Source: Octopus vulgaris
Lineage: Eukaryota
Assembly: GCA_951406725.2 (NCBI GenBank)
Contig: OX597817.1
Location: 156,922,001 to 156,986,000, forward strand
Direction of reading: 5' to 3'
Length of the DNA stretch: 64,000 bases
Part shown: piece by piece, positions 13,101-27,179 of the stretch
How positions within the stretch are numbered: position 1 is the stretch's first letter
Layout of the letters: every line of letters begins with the position of its first letter
Notes under the pieces: model-generated
Databases searched by the model: none
What the model was told of the DNA's origin: nothing
The model's input: only the letters and a program-made list of their open reading frames with translations
Position numbers and translations under genes: made by a program

Positions 13101-13469
13101 GTAGTAATTGTGATTTAGTTGCTAAAATTTAAATAAAAATACTATTAAGCTTTATGCAGTGACCTAGCAAGAATTCTCAGTGCCTGGGGGTAAAGACATT
13201 TTTTCCACCCTTACCTTTTATAAGCCAGAAAAAATTTTGTGCTACCTGTTTCTTCTTGCCCTGCTCTAGCTACACCTGTAATAATTCTGTAAGCAATATA
13301 TATATATATAATGTTTAATCATATCAAAGGGAAATGGAATTTAATTAAATTTAAAATCAAAATTTACATTTCCAGTGGTCTAACTCTTTTACTCTTTTAC
13401 TTGTTTCAGTCATTTGACTGCGGCCATGCTGGAGCACCACATGCAAAAAAAAAAAAAAGTCAAGAAGAC

Positions 13470-13716
13470 TATATATTAGTTATATGATATAGTGCATATT
13501 TATACACATAAGGAATCCACTTAGTGTGAGATTCAACACATTAGAGAACCACAAAAATAACAGACAAAATTCGACAGGAATAAACTTTTTTCATTTCCAA
13601 ATTTATTCCTGTCGAATTTTGTCCGTTATTTTTGAGGTTCTCTAATGTGTTGAATCTCACCATAAGTGGATTCCTTATGTGTATAAATATGCACTATATC
13701 GTATAACTAATATATA
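13470..13716. repeat. Long inverted repeat (about 115-bp arms, 17-nt spacer)
   Basis: 13470-13584 is the reverse complement of 13602-13716 with a few mismatches; TA runs at both ends. Confidence 0.92.
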
Positions 13717-13717
13717 T

Positions 13718-14050
13718 CATCATCATCATCATCATCGTTTAACGTCCGTTTTCCACGCTAGCACGGGTTGGACGGTTCGACCAGAGTCTGGGAAGCCAGG
13801 AGCTGCACCAGGCTCCAGTCTGATCTGGCAGTGTTTCTACAGCTGGATGCCCTTCCTAACGCCAACCACTCCGCGAGTGTAGTGGGTGCTTTTTACGTGC
13901 TACCTGCACAGGTGCCAGGGGGGCGGTCTGGCATCGGCCACGATCGGGTGGTGCTTTTAACGTGCCACCGGCACGGAAGCCAGCCAAGGCGGCGCTGGCA
14001 TCGGCCACATTCGGATGGTGCTTTTTATGTGCCACCGGCACAGAAGCCAG
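13718..14050 (-). mobile_element. 3' end fragment of an RTE-type LINE family with a (GAT)n tail
   Basis: Sense motif GGCGTTAGGAAGGGCATCCAGCTGTAGAAAC...GGACGTTAAACGATGATGAT. Other copies near 12030-12170, 21893-22170, 22254-22745, 24953-25150, 28590-28772, 36818-37000, 38590-38895, 42000-42365, 47716-48155 and 58590-59030. Linked to RTE coding sequence by the copy at 42732-43440. Confidence 0.8.
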
Positions 14051-14716
14051 TCGAGAAGCCATATATATATGAGGAATTTCAACAGCTCTTAAGGCATATA
14101 CATAAAGAACTTGATCAAAGCTGCATGTACCTCAGAACACGTTATGCTCCCCTCTAGCCAATTGGTATTGACATCCATCATTTATTCTCACTCTTTATCT
14201 GCCATTTGCTATCCATCACACTCTCACTCCTACCCTCTCTAATGCCAGGGGTCACAATAAAATGCACCCAGTGCACTCTGCTAAGTGTGGGGTTGGGGAG
14301 TGTCTTTATAACTGTGGTAACTACCGAAGTAGAAAAATTTACTCTTTACAATTCCAGTTACTGTACCACGCAATTTATTTAAATGTTTTCTTCTGGGTCT
14401 TTAAGCGTATAATTTGTCCTGTTATATCTTTGTAGGCCAAATAGTGATAATAATAATAATTAGGTTACCCTTTAACCTTTCGTTTTAGAAATTTAAAAAG
14501 AAGTCGTTGGTTTGTGTTTTTTAGTTAGTTTTGTTTATAGTTATTTTCATATTTTATGAAGTTGCCTCCTATGAGGTAACTTCTATAGCCAATTGGCAAT
14601 ATTTATACTAGACTAGTGGGATCAATTTGTTTGACTAAACCCTTCAAGGTGGTGCCCCAGCATGGCTGCAGTCCAACGACTAAAATAAGTAAAAGATAAA
14701 AGATATACCAACACAT

Positions 14717-14760
<44 letters not shown>

Positions 14761-15233
14761 ATGCATAAAGTGAAAGACAGAGCAAGAAAGAGAGAGACTA
14801 ACACACATAATACATACAAATATGCAGAGATACAGACTTGGCTATGCTTGTGACTAGCAAGGTGGTGAGCTGGCAGAAACATTAGCATGCCAGGCGAAAT
14901 TCTTAGCGGTATTTCATTTGTCTTTATGTTCTGAGTTCAAATTCTACTGAGGTCAACTTTGCCTTTCATCCTTTCGGGGTCAATAAAATAAGTACCAGTT
15001 GCGTACTGGGTCGATCTAATCGACTGTTCCCCCATCCCACACTCCCCCCAAATTTCAGGCCTTGTGTGTAGGCGTAGGAGTGGCTGTGTGGTAAGTAGCT
15101 TGCTTACCAACAACATGGTTCCGGGTTCAGTCCTACTGCGTGGCACCTTGGGCAAGTGTCTTCTACTATAGCCTCGGGCCGGCCATAGCCTTGTGAGTGG
15201 ATTTGGGACACGGAAATTGAAAGAAACCCATCG

Positions 15234-15287
<54 letters not shown>

Positions 15288-15881
15288 TGTGTGTCTGTGT
15301 TTGTCCCCCTAACATCGCTTGTCAACTGATGCTGGTGTGTTTACGTCCCCGTAACTTAGCGGTTTGGCAAAAGAGACCGATAGAATAAGTACTAGGCTTA
15401 CAAAGAATAAGTCCTGGGGTCGATTTGCTTGACTGAAGGCGATGCTCCAACATGGCAACAGTCAAATGACTGAAACAAGTAAAAGAGTAAAGAGAGAGTA
15501 GGAAAGAAAATTTATACTAGACTGAAAAATAAATGTTCTGAAATCAATATTATGTATTTCCCTTTGCGAGTTTATTAACTTTTTTTTACTGCAGAAATCA
15601 GGTATTTCCATTCAAAATTTCATTATCCTTAACTGTGGAAAGCAATTTTATATACCAATCAATCTTTTGTTGAGGAATATAATGGTTGAAACTTTTCTGT
15701 TGAGAGATGCCGAGTATATTGAGACAATGAGACTTGTACAAAATACCAATTCTGTTTTTCTAGATATTTAACATTATTATTGGAACAACCATGAAATTTA
15801 ATTTCATTGTGAAAGGGTTAAATGAAATGTCTTTCTTCATCATTTCTGTTTGTTATGTAAATACAAAGAGAGCTACTTCAA

Positions 15882-16102
15882 CCCTTTAGTGTTCAGATTA
15901 CTCTGTTAAATGTAATACTTTTTCACTCAAATTGTTTTGAATTAATCCTGCATTATCTTATAGCTTTGAGGTTTCAATGATGTGATTGTTCATTTTCAGA
16001 ATGGCATTGTAGGTTAGGTGTGAGAGGTTAGATATGGCCAGTTTGAATATAAAACATATAGAATATATTGGGCCAGATTTGGCCGGTTTAAACACCAAAA
16101 GG
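15882..16102. mobile_element. piggyBac-type MITE
   Basis: CCCTTT left end, AAAAGG-TTAA right end; homologous to 61261-61481 and 48413-48747. Confidence 0.7.
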
Positions 16103-18106
16103 TTAAATTATTCTGTGTTTTGAAAGTGTGAGCAATTACCAGTTATTAAAAATGATAAATAATGAAAGGAAATCTTATATGATCTGTTGTATTTTGGTGT
16201 CTAAGCAGATTTAAGGATTAGATTTTAAAATTTTTTTTTTACTAAATGAGTGAGGAGGAGGTGGAGGACGAGGGAGAGCATTTGTGTTTTTTGACCCTCA
16301 CCCTTCTTCCCACATGGTGAGAGAGAGATTGATGCATGCACTTGACGTGCAGGCTTGAATATGAATATGTGTAGGTCAATGTTTCTTGGGAAAGGAATTG
16401 GTGGAGAGGGAATTCCAAATGGCTGAAGTTCTTAGAAGGAAAACCGGAGGGGGGGGGGCAGTTGGTTAGTCCAGAATCGAGGTGGTGAGTTAGGGTTAGA
16501 ATCAAGTCACGGAGGTATATAATAACCTAGTTCAACAAGCAGAGCCATGATTGGTAGTGAGAGAAGAGAAAGTGCATATGAATTCTTGAAGTTACAAAGT
16601 GTCGGTGATTGAATCTTTGCCAATCAAGAAATTGTCTTTTGGATGTATAGATGCAACACCATCACATATTCTTTAATATGAATTGCATTTGAACTTTGTT
16701 GAGGGTCAGGATCTAATCTAGTTGAAGAATTTCCTTGCTCTGAAGAGTAATTTTAGTCATTCTTATGCAGTTTTAACAATATCCCAGAAACAGCTGTAAG
16801 GCTACCTTTCTCTTCATAAATGTCCTATAAATTCCACACAGCCTTGGCTTTGTTGTCTCGTATTATTTAACATATGTGTGTGTGTACACATATATGTATG
16901 TATATGTGTGTGAGTGTGTATGTTTGTATCTTCTTGTCTTGATATTGCATGATAGTAGAAACTAAAGCCAAAACAAACAATGAGAGCCTGGTACAGCTCT
17001 CCGGCTTACCAGTTTCAGTCAAACTGTCTAACCCATGCCAGCATGGAGAACAGACGTTAAACGATGATGACAATGTGGTGATGTAGGTGCAAGCATGACT
17101 GTGTGGCACCTTGAGCAAGTGTCTTCTACTTATAGCCCCAGGCTGACCGAAGCTTTGTGAGGAGATTTGATGGACGGAACGTGAGAGAGTCCCTGTGTTT
17201 GTATGTGTTTCTGTCCCCTTGCCTTGACATAATGCTATAGTTGTAAATGAGTTTCACCATCATACCAGCGGTGTCCTTTGTTTCCAATTTTCCATGAAAA
17301 CATGCCTTGCCATAGGGAAATATTAGGTTATCTGGAAACACGTGAGGGCTGGTGACAGGAAGGGCATCCAACTATGGAAAAATTCATCTCATTAAAATCC
17401 TGTCTGATCCATGTGAGTATCAAAAAGTGGACATGGCTGTGTGATAAGAAGCTTGCTTCTAAACCACATGGTTCCAGGTTCAGTCCCACTGTGTGGCATC
17501 TTGGGTAAGTGTCTTCTATTGTAGCCTCGGGCGAACCAAAGCCTTGTGAGTGGGTTTAGTAGATGGAAACTGAAAGAAACCCATCATATATGTATGTGTG
17601 TTTGCGTATCTGTGTTTATCCCCCCCCACCATCACTTGACAACTGATGTTGGTGTGTTTATGTCCTGTAACTTAGGAGTTCAGTAAAAGAGACTGATAGA
17701 ATGAGTATTAGGCTTACAAAGAATAAGTCCTGGGGTCGATTTCTTGAACTAAAGGTGGCACTCCAGCATAACTGCAGTCTAATAACTAAAAGAAGTAAAA
17801 GAATAAGCTTAAACTGATGATGATGATGATGATGATTATGTGAATTCTTAAGTTTGTATAGTGTGTGAAGTAATTCTTTGAAGTATATACCATGACCCTG
17901 AAGAGGAGAACTTTAGCTGCTCTTTCTGAGCAGGAGCAAATATTCTGCTTTCTTCACTGCATAAATTCTTCTCATTGTCTTATCTTATTTGTGTTGTTTT
18001 TCATTTCATTCTTAATATAATTTTGTTACGTCAGAGGATGTTTGGTGTTGGGGGAGAAACCACAACCTTAGTAATAGGTTAGTAGATGAAAATGGGTTGT
18101 GTGTAT

Positions 18107-18203
18107 GTGTGTAAAGGAAGAAATAAATCTATGTATTGGTGTGTAAAGGAAGAAATAAATCTATGTATTGGTGTGTAAAGGAAGAAATAAATCTATGTAT
18201 TGG
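18107..18203. repeat. 32-bp tandem repeat, 3 copies
   Basis: Unit GTGTAAAGGAAGAAATAAATCTATGTATTGGT. Confidence 0.92.
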
Positions 18204-18614
18204 GGTGTGTGAATGTGTTGGAAGTTTTTCATGGGAGGGAGGTGCATGTGTGTGTGTGTGTGTGCAGGGGAGAGTAAGAGAGGTTTTACTGTGAGAGATA
18301 AGGGGAAAAAAATTTTGTTTACTTAAGAAACCTGTAATATGAAAATTAAAGAAGAATGGGATAGAAAGGCTTGACTTGAAGAACCTGATTAATCAGATAA
18401 GTGTTGCTGAGAAAATGTGGTTGTTAGCATGCTGGAGGAAATGCTTAGTGGTATTTCATCAGCCATTACGTTCTGAGTTCAAATTCCACCAAGGTCAACT
18501 TTGCCTTTCATCCTCTTGGGGTTGATAAAATTAGTACCAGTTACGCACTGCGGTCGATGAAATCGACTTAATCCCTTCCCCCAAATTTGAAGCCTTGTGC
18601 TTCTAGTAGAAAGG

Positions 18615-18682
<68 letters not shown>

Positions 18683-18948
18683 GGTGGTGAGCTGGCAAAA
18701 TTGTCAAGTGCTTAGCGGCATTTCTTCTAGCATTACCTTCCCAGATCAAATTCTGCCGAGGTCAACTTTGCCTTTTGTCCTTTGGGGTCAATAAAATAAG
18801 TACCAGTTGAAAACTGGGTTTGATATAATCAACTTATCCCATCCCCTAAAATTGCTGGCCTTGAGGCAAAATTTGAAACCATTATTATTATTATTATCAT
18901 TATTATTATTTTTTTTTTTTATTATTATCATTATTATTATTATTTTTA

Positions 18949-18979
<31 letters not shown>

Positions 18980-20267
18980 AGATGCAGGCATGGCTGTGTG
19001 GTAAGAAGTTAGCTTCCCAACCACATGGTTCTGGGCTCAGTTTCATTGTGTGGCACCTTGAACAAGTGTCTTCTACTATAGCCTCAGGATGGCCAAAACC
19101 TTGTGAGTGGATTTGGCACATGGAAACTGAAAGCAGCCCATTACACGTATATGCATCTTTGTGTCTGTATTTGGTCCCCACCCCATCCTACACACCACTT
19201 GGCAACTGGTGTTGGTATGTTTACACCCCTGTAACTTAGCAGTTCAGCTAAAGAGACCAATAGAATAAGTACCAGGCTTAAAAAATGATAAGTTGATTCA
19301 TTTGACTAAAGTTCTTCAAAGTGGTGCCCCAGCATGGCCACAGTCTAATGACTGAAATAAGTAAAAGATAAAAGATTATTATTAATTTAAATAAAAAAAA
19401 TATTTGTACTTTGCTGTTTCTTGTGTTAGTAGTAGTATTTGTTGTTTGGCCCTGGGTCAGTGCTGATTGAACAGAGCTCTAACCGAAAACCTTCCAGTCA
19501 TAAAACCACCCCATTTTCCTTTTCCTGTGCTCAGGAACCCAGGGTCACATTATCCTGCACCTCCTATGTTTTAAGATTGTAGGATGTGATTTGTGGGAGA
19601 TGTGGCTGCTATGTTTAGCAGATTGAACGACCACTTAGAGGCTCTCATGTTGGCTTGTTACATAGTAGTGACCATGACTGGTGTGATAAGTTGTCTCCTG
19701 TTTTATATAGGAACACAATTTTCCACACTTTAATTGTTATTATACAGCTACTAAATGACACCACTCCTTTCCTTCCTTCTCATTTAGTATTTTGCCAAAT
19801 AACCTATTTTCCTCTCTCGCCCACCCTCCACCTCGCACCTGTACCTCCACCAGGAGTATTTTGAACTACTTACATCATACTGGTTATCTGTTTTATGAAA
19901 TAATTACTTAACTCACTTAGCTTGCTGTGTGGTCAAGAATAAATGGAAAAATAGCACAAAATTTTAGATGTGCGTAACAAACACTGTGTGTGTCTTTATT
20001 TTATTCTTTGACTCTTTTAAGACCACCCCTGGTGCTTTATTACAAAATTGTCTACTCTCTTTTACTTGTTTCAGTCATTTGACTGCGGCCATGCTGGAGC
20101 ACCGCCTTTAGTCGAGCAAATTGACCCCGGGACTTATTCTTTGTACGCCCAGTACTTATTCTATCGGTCTCTTTTGACGAACCGCTAAGTGACGGGGATG
20201 TAAACACACCAGCATCGGTTGTCAAGCAATGCTAGGGGGACAAACACAGACACACAAACACACACAC

Positions 20268-20305
<38 letters not shown>

Positions 20306-20738
20306 ACATATATACGACGGGCTTCTTTCAGTTTCCGTCTACCAAATCCACTCACAAGGCATTGGTCGGCCCGGGGCTATAGCAAAAGACACTTGCCCAA
20401 GATGCCACGCAGTGGGACTGAACCCGGAACCATGTGGTTGGTTAGCAAGCTACTTACCACACAGCCACTCCTGTCTGTTTTAAAATGTTTATATCTCTGT
20501 TTAAAACTTTCCACCAGAATTTTGTGAAAGAACCTATCTGTTAAGTTGTGTTCCAAATACCAGATTAATAATGAAGTAGTGAATTATTTTATTACATCCC
20601 TCAAAATTCCTAGTTGTTTTATTGAAAAACATAGACAGTATATTTCATTGGTAATATAGTCACAAGAAAAATAAATGTTAATATTGCTCTTCTGCAGTAA
20701 AGAAATTGAATTCTCTGTCTATCTGTCTCTCTCTCTTA

Positions 20739-20776
<38 letters not shown>

Positions 20777-21404
20777 TACATACACACACACTGTCTGTCT
20801 GTGTCTCTAATGTCTTCCATCCACCATCTTTGTGCCTTTTCAAACCACAAGGCTCTCCTTATCATTTACCATTTACTTGTTTCAGTCATTGGACTGCAGC
20901 CATGCTGGGGCATTGTCCTGAAGGTTTAGTGAAACAATTTGATTTTAGTACATAATAGTCTAATACTTATTCTATTGGTGTCTTTTGCTGAACCATCTAG
21001 TTATAGAGATGTAGACAAACTAATACCAGTTGTCAAACAGTGGTGACACACACAAAAACACAACAGGCTTCACACACTTTCCATCTACCAAATTCACTCA
21101 CAAGGCATTGCTTGGCCTAGGCCTGGTGCCACATAGAGAAAGTGAAACTGAAACCATGTGATTGCAAAATGAGTGTTTTAACCACACAGCCATAGCTCAC
21201 CTTGCGTCAGTAATTTTTTTTTTCAATTATAGCTAAATTGGAGAATGTGGCTGTGTGGTAAGTAGCGTGCTTACCAACCACATGGTTCCAGGTTCAGTTC
21301 CATTGTATAGCATCTTGGGCAAGTGTCTTCTACTATAGTCTCGGGGCGACCAAAGCCTTGTGAGTGGATTTGGTTGAAGGAAACTGAAAGAAGCTTGTCA
21401 TATA

Positions 21405-21463
<59 letters not shown>

Positions 21464-23659
21464 GTGTGTATATGTTTGTGTCTATGTTTGTCCCCCCCCA
21501 ACATCGCTTGACAACTGATGCTGGTGTGTTTACGTCACCGTAACTTGGCGGTTCGGCAAAAAGAGACTGATAGAATAAGTACCAGGCTTACAAAGAATAA
21601 GTCCTGGAGTCGATTTGTTTGACTAAAGGAGGTGCTCCAGCATGGCTGCAGTCAAATGACTGAAACAAGTAAAAGAGTAAAAGAGTGAAGAGAGTGCCTA
21701 TGAGCCTTCTAAAGGCCTCCCAGGCTGAAACGAAAAGAGAGAAGAAATTTATCTGTTTGTTGGGTTACTGACTAGTCTCACTCTTCTTTGTGTGGATGGT
21801 GATAGGTAAAATTTTAGATGAGGGTATTCCAAAGGGTAGGTAGCATAGAGAGTAAATGCAGTTTGGTTTTGTATCAGAATAATATATAGCACCATCATCA
21901 TCATCATCATCGTTTAACGTCCGCTTTCCATGCTAGCATGAGTTGGACGGTTCAATTGGGGTCTGGGAAGCCCGAAGGCTGCACCAGGCCAGTCAGATCT
22001 GGCAGTGTTTCTACAGCTGGATGCCCTTCCTAACGCCAACCACTCCGAGAGTGTAGTGGGTGATTTTATGTGCCACCGACACAGGTGCCAGACGAGGCTG
22101 GCGAACGGCCACGCTCGGATGGTGTTTTTTTATGTGCCACCGACACAGGTGCCAGACGAGGCTGGCGAACGGCCCCATTATATTTCTCACATGACAACTG
22201 CAAGTATAGAACCATGAATTTAAAAGTTAAAATTCATTTCTCAAGATAAGAAATCATCATCATCGTTTAACGTCCGCTTTCTAGCATGGGTCGGACGATT
22301 TGACTGAGGACTGGCGAACCAGATGGCTGCACCAGGCACCAGTCTTCATCTGGCAGAGTTTCTACAGCTGGATGCCCTTCCTTACGCCAACCACTCCGAG
22401 AGTGTAGTGGGTGCTTTTGTATGTCACTGGCACAGGGGCCAGTCAGGCGGTACTGGCAACAACCTCGCTTGAATGTTTTTTTCACATGCCACCGGCACAG
22501 GTGCCAGTAAGGCAACGCTGGTAACGATCATGCTCAGATGGTGCTCTTAACGCCCCACTAACACGGATGCCAGTCATCAAATTTGATTTCGATTTCAATT
22601 TCACTTGCCTCAACAGGTCTTCGCAAGCAGAGTTTAGTGTCCAAAGAAGGAAAGGTACGCATAAGTGGGCTGGTTATGTGCCTGGCATAGGCCATGAGGT
22701 TATGGTCTTACTTGGTTTGCCAGGTCTTCTCAAGCACAGCATATTGTTAAAAGAAACAATGGAAATGGGTAAATGGATTATTAATATGACTTAGGCGTGG
22801 TAAAAATGAAAGATGCAAATCGACAGTAAAAGATATTGCGTGTTTCAAGGCAGTCGATGTAATTGTGATGGTAAGTCTGAAATCAATGAAAATGTAGACA
22901 GTTAGTGAAATATTGTGATTGGCAATTGTTAACAAAGCAAAAACAGATGATGACGTTATCATAGTATGAAGCTACAAATTTTTTAGAAGGAGAAGAGTTG
23001 ATGATATTGACTCATTACAAATGACTGAAGGGATGGAAAGAAAACTTGAACTCAGAATGTAGACAAAGTAAATACTGCAGGTCATTTAGTCTGGCACTCT
23101 ACCAATCATAAGACTATTAGTGGTGTGGACTGCTGGCTAGTGAAAATTGAAGTTGTTTAACCCAGAGCTGTGGAGTTGGAACAAAAAGTTTTGACTCTGA
23201 CTCTGACTGGCACCTCTGACTCCTCTTTACGTAATTAAGTGATTGGTCTAGCAGGTATTCCACGACGATATTCAGATTATCCTGATTCTTACACCAAATG
23301 AAATATAGTTTCATCTATAGGATCCCTTGTATCATTAACCTCTATTATATTTTTTATATTTATTGTATGAGAAAGATTAATTTCCCAACGAACTATCATT
23401 TGATCAAACCATTTAAATACATCTTTAGAATGAGATAACCGTCTTCCAGTTGATTTCCATAATCAAATAGAAACTGGAGCCCTATTTATTTAATTTAAAA
23501 TAATATCTCATGAAGCATATGCATACACTTGTACTTTGAGTAGGCCTATATGTTATAACTGGTTTATATTAAAGAATAAAGACATTGTGAGTCGGAATCA
23601 GAGTTTTACTGACTCCACCTCCAACTCTAGCTGCCCCTTAATTGTGTCTAAAACGTTTG

Positions 23660-24544
23660 TGGTAGAACATTTAAACTACAGTGCTATACCATCCCAGATC
23701 TAATGGACAGGCAGAATGCTTTGTTGATACTTTGAAAAGAGTCCTTAGAAAATTGAATAAGGAAGTCGTGGGTGAGGTAGCTCTACAACAGTTTTTAAGA
23801 GTGTACTGTGTGACACCAAATCTGAATAAACCAGCAGGTTGCTCACCAGTGGGGCTGATGTTTTCAAGGAAAGTAAAATCAGTCTTTGATCAATTGCTGT
23901 CTGGCAAGAAAAGAAAAAGTGCCTGGGAAGACATAGTTAGATTCTTTAAAGTTGGTGAAAAGGTGTTTATGAGGGCATACAAGAATGGAAAGTTGGGAAG
24001 ATGGTGTAATTACCAAATGATGTATTGGGTAAAAAATAGAAAAGGTATACAAAAAAGATACAGGAACCAGCTGTAAAATAGATTTGTGGAAAGCGAACCA
24101 AAGAAGTTGGAGGAACTAATGGAATGGTTATATGATATGTTCCAAGTACCAATGCCACTGCAGACGATTGAACCCGGGTGTACAAGTGAGAGGAAAAGAA
24201 AACATAGAGTTCCTGAAAATAGATGCCAAGCGCAAAAAATATTAAATTGTATGAGAAAAAAAACTCAAAAAGGGGAGGTGGGGTGAATAAAAAAAAATTG
24301 CTAAATAAAATGACACTTCCTAAGAAAAACTTGAAAGAGGAAATGTTGTAGGGAATTAGTAATAATGGTACACCCCTCCCACATGACGAGTGGAATAACC
24401 TAGTCACTATAAGTAAAGAGAAGTACGTGAAGTACAAGAGTACATGTTAGGCAGTCAGAGATAATTGTGTCTTTACTGGTTTTATTAAGTATACTGTATA
24501 CCAAAGGGGCGTTATAATAATCCAAAATTTTAAGGATTATAACA
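23660..24544 (+). mobile_element. Gypsy-type LTR retrotransposon 3' remnant (integrase C-terminal part, polypurine tract, LTR at 24344-24544)
   Basis: YHPRSNGQAECFVDTLKR integrase motif; purine tract GAAAGAGGAAA directly before a segment bounded by TGTT...AACA. Confidence 0.8.
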
Positions 24545-25312
24545 TGTGCATACATATACATACACATGAATGTTAAATAATGATGATGATGATGATATCT
24601 ATCATCCCAAACATGTGTGACACCTTGACAACTACCTGTTGGCCAACAGCATTAGCGTGTGAAGGACTGTGAGTTTACTAAATCAAGAGTGATGGTAGCC
24701 AGTGCAAGGCAGTGTGAATGCTAAGCAATCACAGCAATGTTGCTTTTAACCTTTTGACGTCAGCTCTTCCTATCATTACAAAGCAGAATTTGAAAAGCTT
24801 TGGATTGTTCATGCCCACAACAGGAAACGTGAGCTGGGTTTAGACCATTGTAGGACAGTTTAGTTCTACACATACACACACAAACATATTTTTTTTCAGT
24901 CTACAGAGAAATGGCTAAAAATTTGCTCTGTTTATAATTATACCATATGTTATCATCATCATCATCATCGTTTAACGTCCGTTCTCCATGCTAGCATGGG
25001 TTGGACGGTTCAACCGGGGATCTGGGAAGCCAGAAGGCTGCACCAGGCTCCGGTCTTATCTGGCAATGTTTCTACAGCTGGATGCCCTTCCTAATGCCAA
25101 CCACTCCGTGAGTGTAGTGGGTGCTTTTTACGTGCCACCTGCACTGGTGCCGTGGACTAAGATCCCCATTGACAGTCCGCTGGTATTTATGGAGTGTTAA
25201 ACACTTTTGGTATGTAAATTAGGGACTCCTTCATAGAGTAACTGCTGCATTTGTTGAGTATATAAACAGTTTGGCTCATTGTTTCACTGGAGAATGTCAG
25301 AATGGTGTAGAC

Positions 25313-25355
25313 GCCTCTGATGAGAACCCAATAAGGTTTGAAAATCGATTAAGGT
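25313..25355 (+). ncRNA. Minimal type I hammerhead ribozyme motif
   Basis: GCCU-CUGAUGA-GAACC(CAAUAA)GGUUU-GAAA-AUCGAUU-A-AGGU: full core, stem II, palindromic stem III (AAUCGAUU), UUA triplet and a short stem I. Confidence 0.68.
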
Positions 25356-26612
25356 TTTTTCAGTCTGTGGAGAAATGGCTAAAATTTGACCTGTTTATAA
25401 TTATACCATATGTTAGATATATATATATATATGTGGAGGCGCAATGGCCCAGTGGTTAGGGCAGCGGACTCGCGGTCATAGGATCGCGGTTTCGATTCCC
25501 AGACCAGGCGTTGTGAGTGTTTATTGAGCGAAAACACCTAAAGCTCCATGAGGCCCCGGCAGGGGATGGTGGTGATCCCTGCTGTACTCTTTCACCATAA
25601 CTTTCTCTCACTCTTACTTCCTGTTTCTGTTGTACCTGTATTTCAAAGGGCCGGCCTTGTCACTCTCTGTGTCACGCTGAATATCCCCGAAAACTACGTT
25701 AATGGTGCACGTGTCTGTGGAGTGCTCAGCCACTTACATGTTAATTTCGCGAGCAGGCTGTTCCGTTGATTCGGATCAACCGGAACCCTCGTCGTCGTAA
25801 CCGACGGAGTGCTTCAACTCCATATATATACCAAGTTCAAATAAGTTATCATTACCTTTAAAACAATAATGATTAAGTGGCCAGCAAAGATAACCAAAAT
25901 AGGCAAAATATATATTATTTATTATTAAAATTCAGGGTACAATATGCACCTGTTTGCTAGAAAGAAGAGTTAAAACTCTCCAAAGCCATGCATATCTCGC
26001 TATATGTAAACACACATGGAGAATGTAGCAGATATGCTAAAAAACAGTCCTCCCCATTTGTAGATAACAGTAGATATCCTGAATATTGTCCAAAATGGAG
26101 CCAAGTACTAATACTTCCATGTGGTATGCTTGGACAACTGTGAAGATCTCTGCACATGAAACAATTGGTTGCTTTGTTAACTCACAAATAAAGTTCACTC
26201 ACAAGTAAACAAATATATATATGTTGGGCATCTTTCAGTTTCCATTCCCCAAATCCCCTCACTAAGTCTTGATCGCGCTAGGGCTATAGTAGAAGACACT
26301 TGTCCATGAAGTCATGCAGTGGGATCTCACAGCCGCACCTATACCTATAAAATAAAAATTAGGCACGCTATTGAATATATTTCATTTCAGAACATATTTA
26401 ACTTCTGATATTATCAACTTTTGTTATGTCCTCTTTTGATTTGACACATTCTGTAATTATCAAGTGTAAGTTTATTGTTAGATAAAGTATATGTATTATG
26501 TATAGTTGTTCTTTTTTTTTTTTTTGCAATAAAATCTCACATGTAATCTTATTGTATCTTGGATGAGTCTTTATGTCAACAGTAATACACACCCATGCAC
26601 TCACTGGTCCAG

Positions 26613-27179
26613 TTTCATTCCTTTGCTGTTAGTCAATAGTACTTTGTGTAATCAACTAATCAATTGTTTATTTAATTTGTTGGTTAACAATCAATCGGTT
26701 GTTTGTCAAAGTCCTTTCATCTCTGTTTGCAACCTCATCAGTGACATGCTTTGTCTGTCTGTCTCTGTCTGTCTGTCTCTCTCTGTCTGTATGTCTGTCT
26801 GTCTCTGTCTGTCTGTCTTTCTCTCTCTCCAGGTCTTTTCTGGGTTGTTTGAGAGATAACCTTATCTTTAGGTACATGTAGGAATGTAGAGGTATGGTCA
26901 GTTTACAAGAGAACTGAAGTGAAATTCCCTTTACTCTCTCCTTTCATTTGTCTTGTATTTGACCACACCCCTACATGTACCAATTCTACATAGACCAATT
27001 CTCAAACAAACTCGGAAAAGACCCTGAAGAGAAAGGGCTAGTCATTGGTGATTTTGCAAATAATCATGAAAGGACTTTGGCAAACAACTCACTGATTGTT
27101 TAACCAACGAATTAAGCAAACCATCAATTAATTAGTTGGTTAGGTAACTAACCAGTTGATTAACAACAAAGGAATGAAA
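26613..27179. repeat. Degenerate large inverted duplication
   Basis: 26613-26720 is an inverted match to 27066-27179, and 26831-26910 to 26951-27024. Confidence 0.75.

Noticed and set aside
22795-22870. Possible exon ending in a perfect GTAAGT donor
   Set aside because: Weak acceptor and a peptide with no similarity to GCLC or any family I recognise.
25435-25510. Possible tRNA genes (also 3832-3905, 38196-38270 and 59595-59670)
   Set aside because: Acceptor stems are imperfect and each continues into a repeat body, so they are SINE heads.
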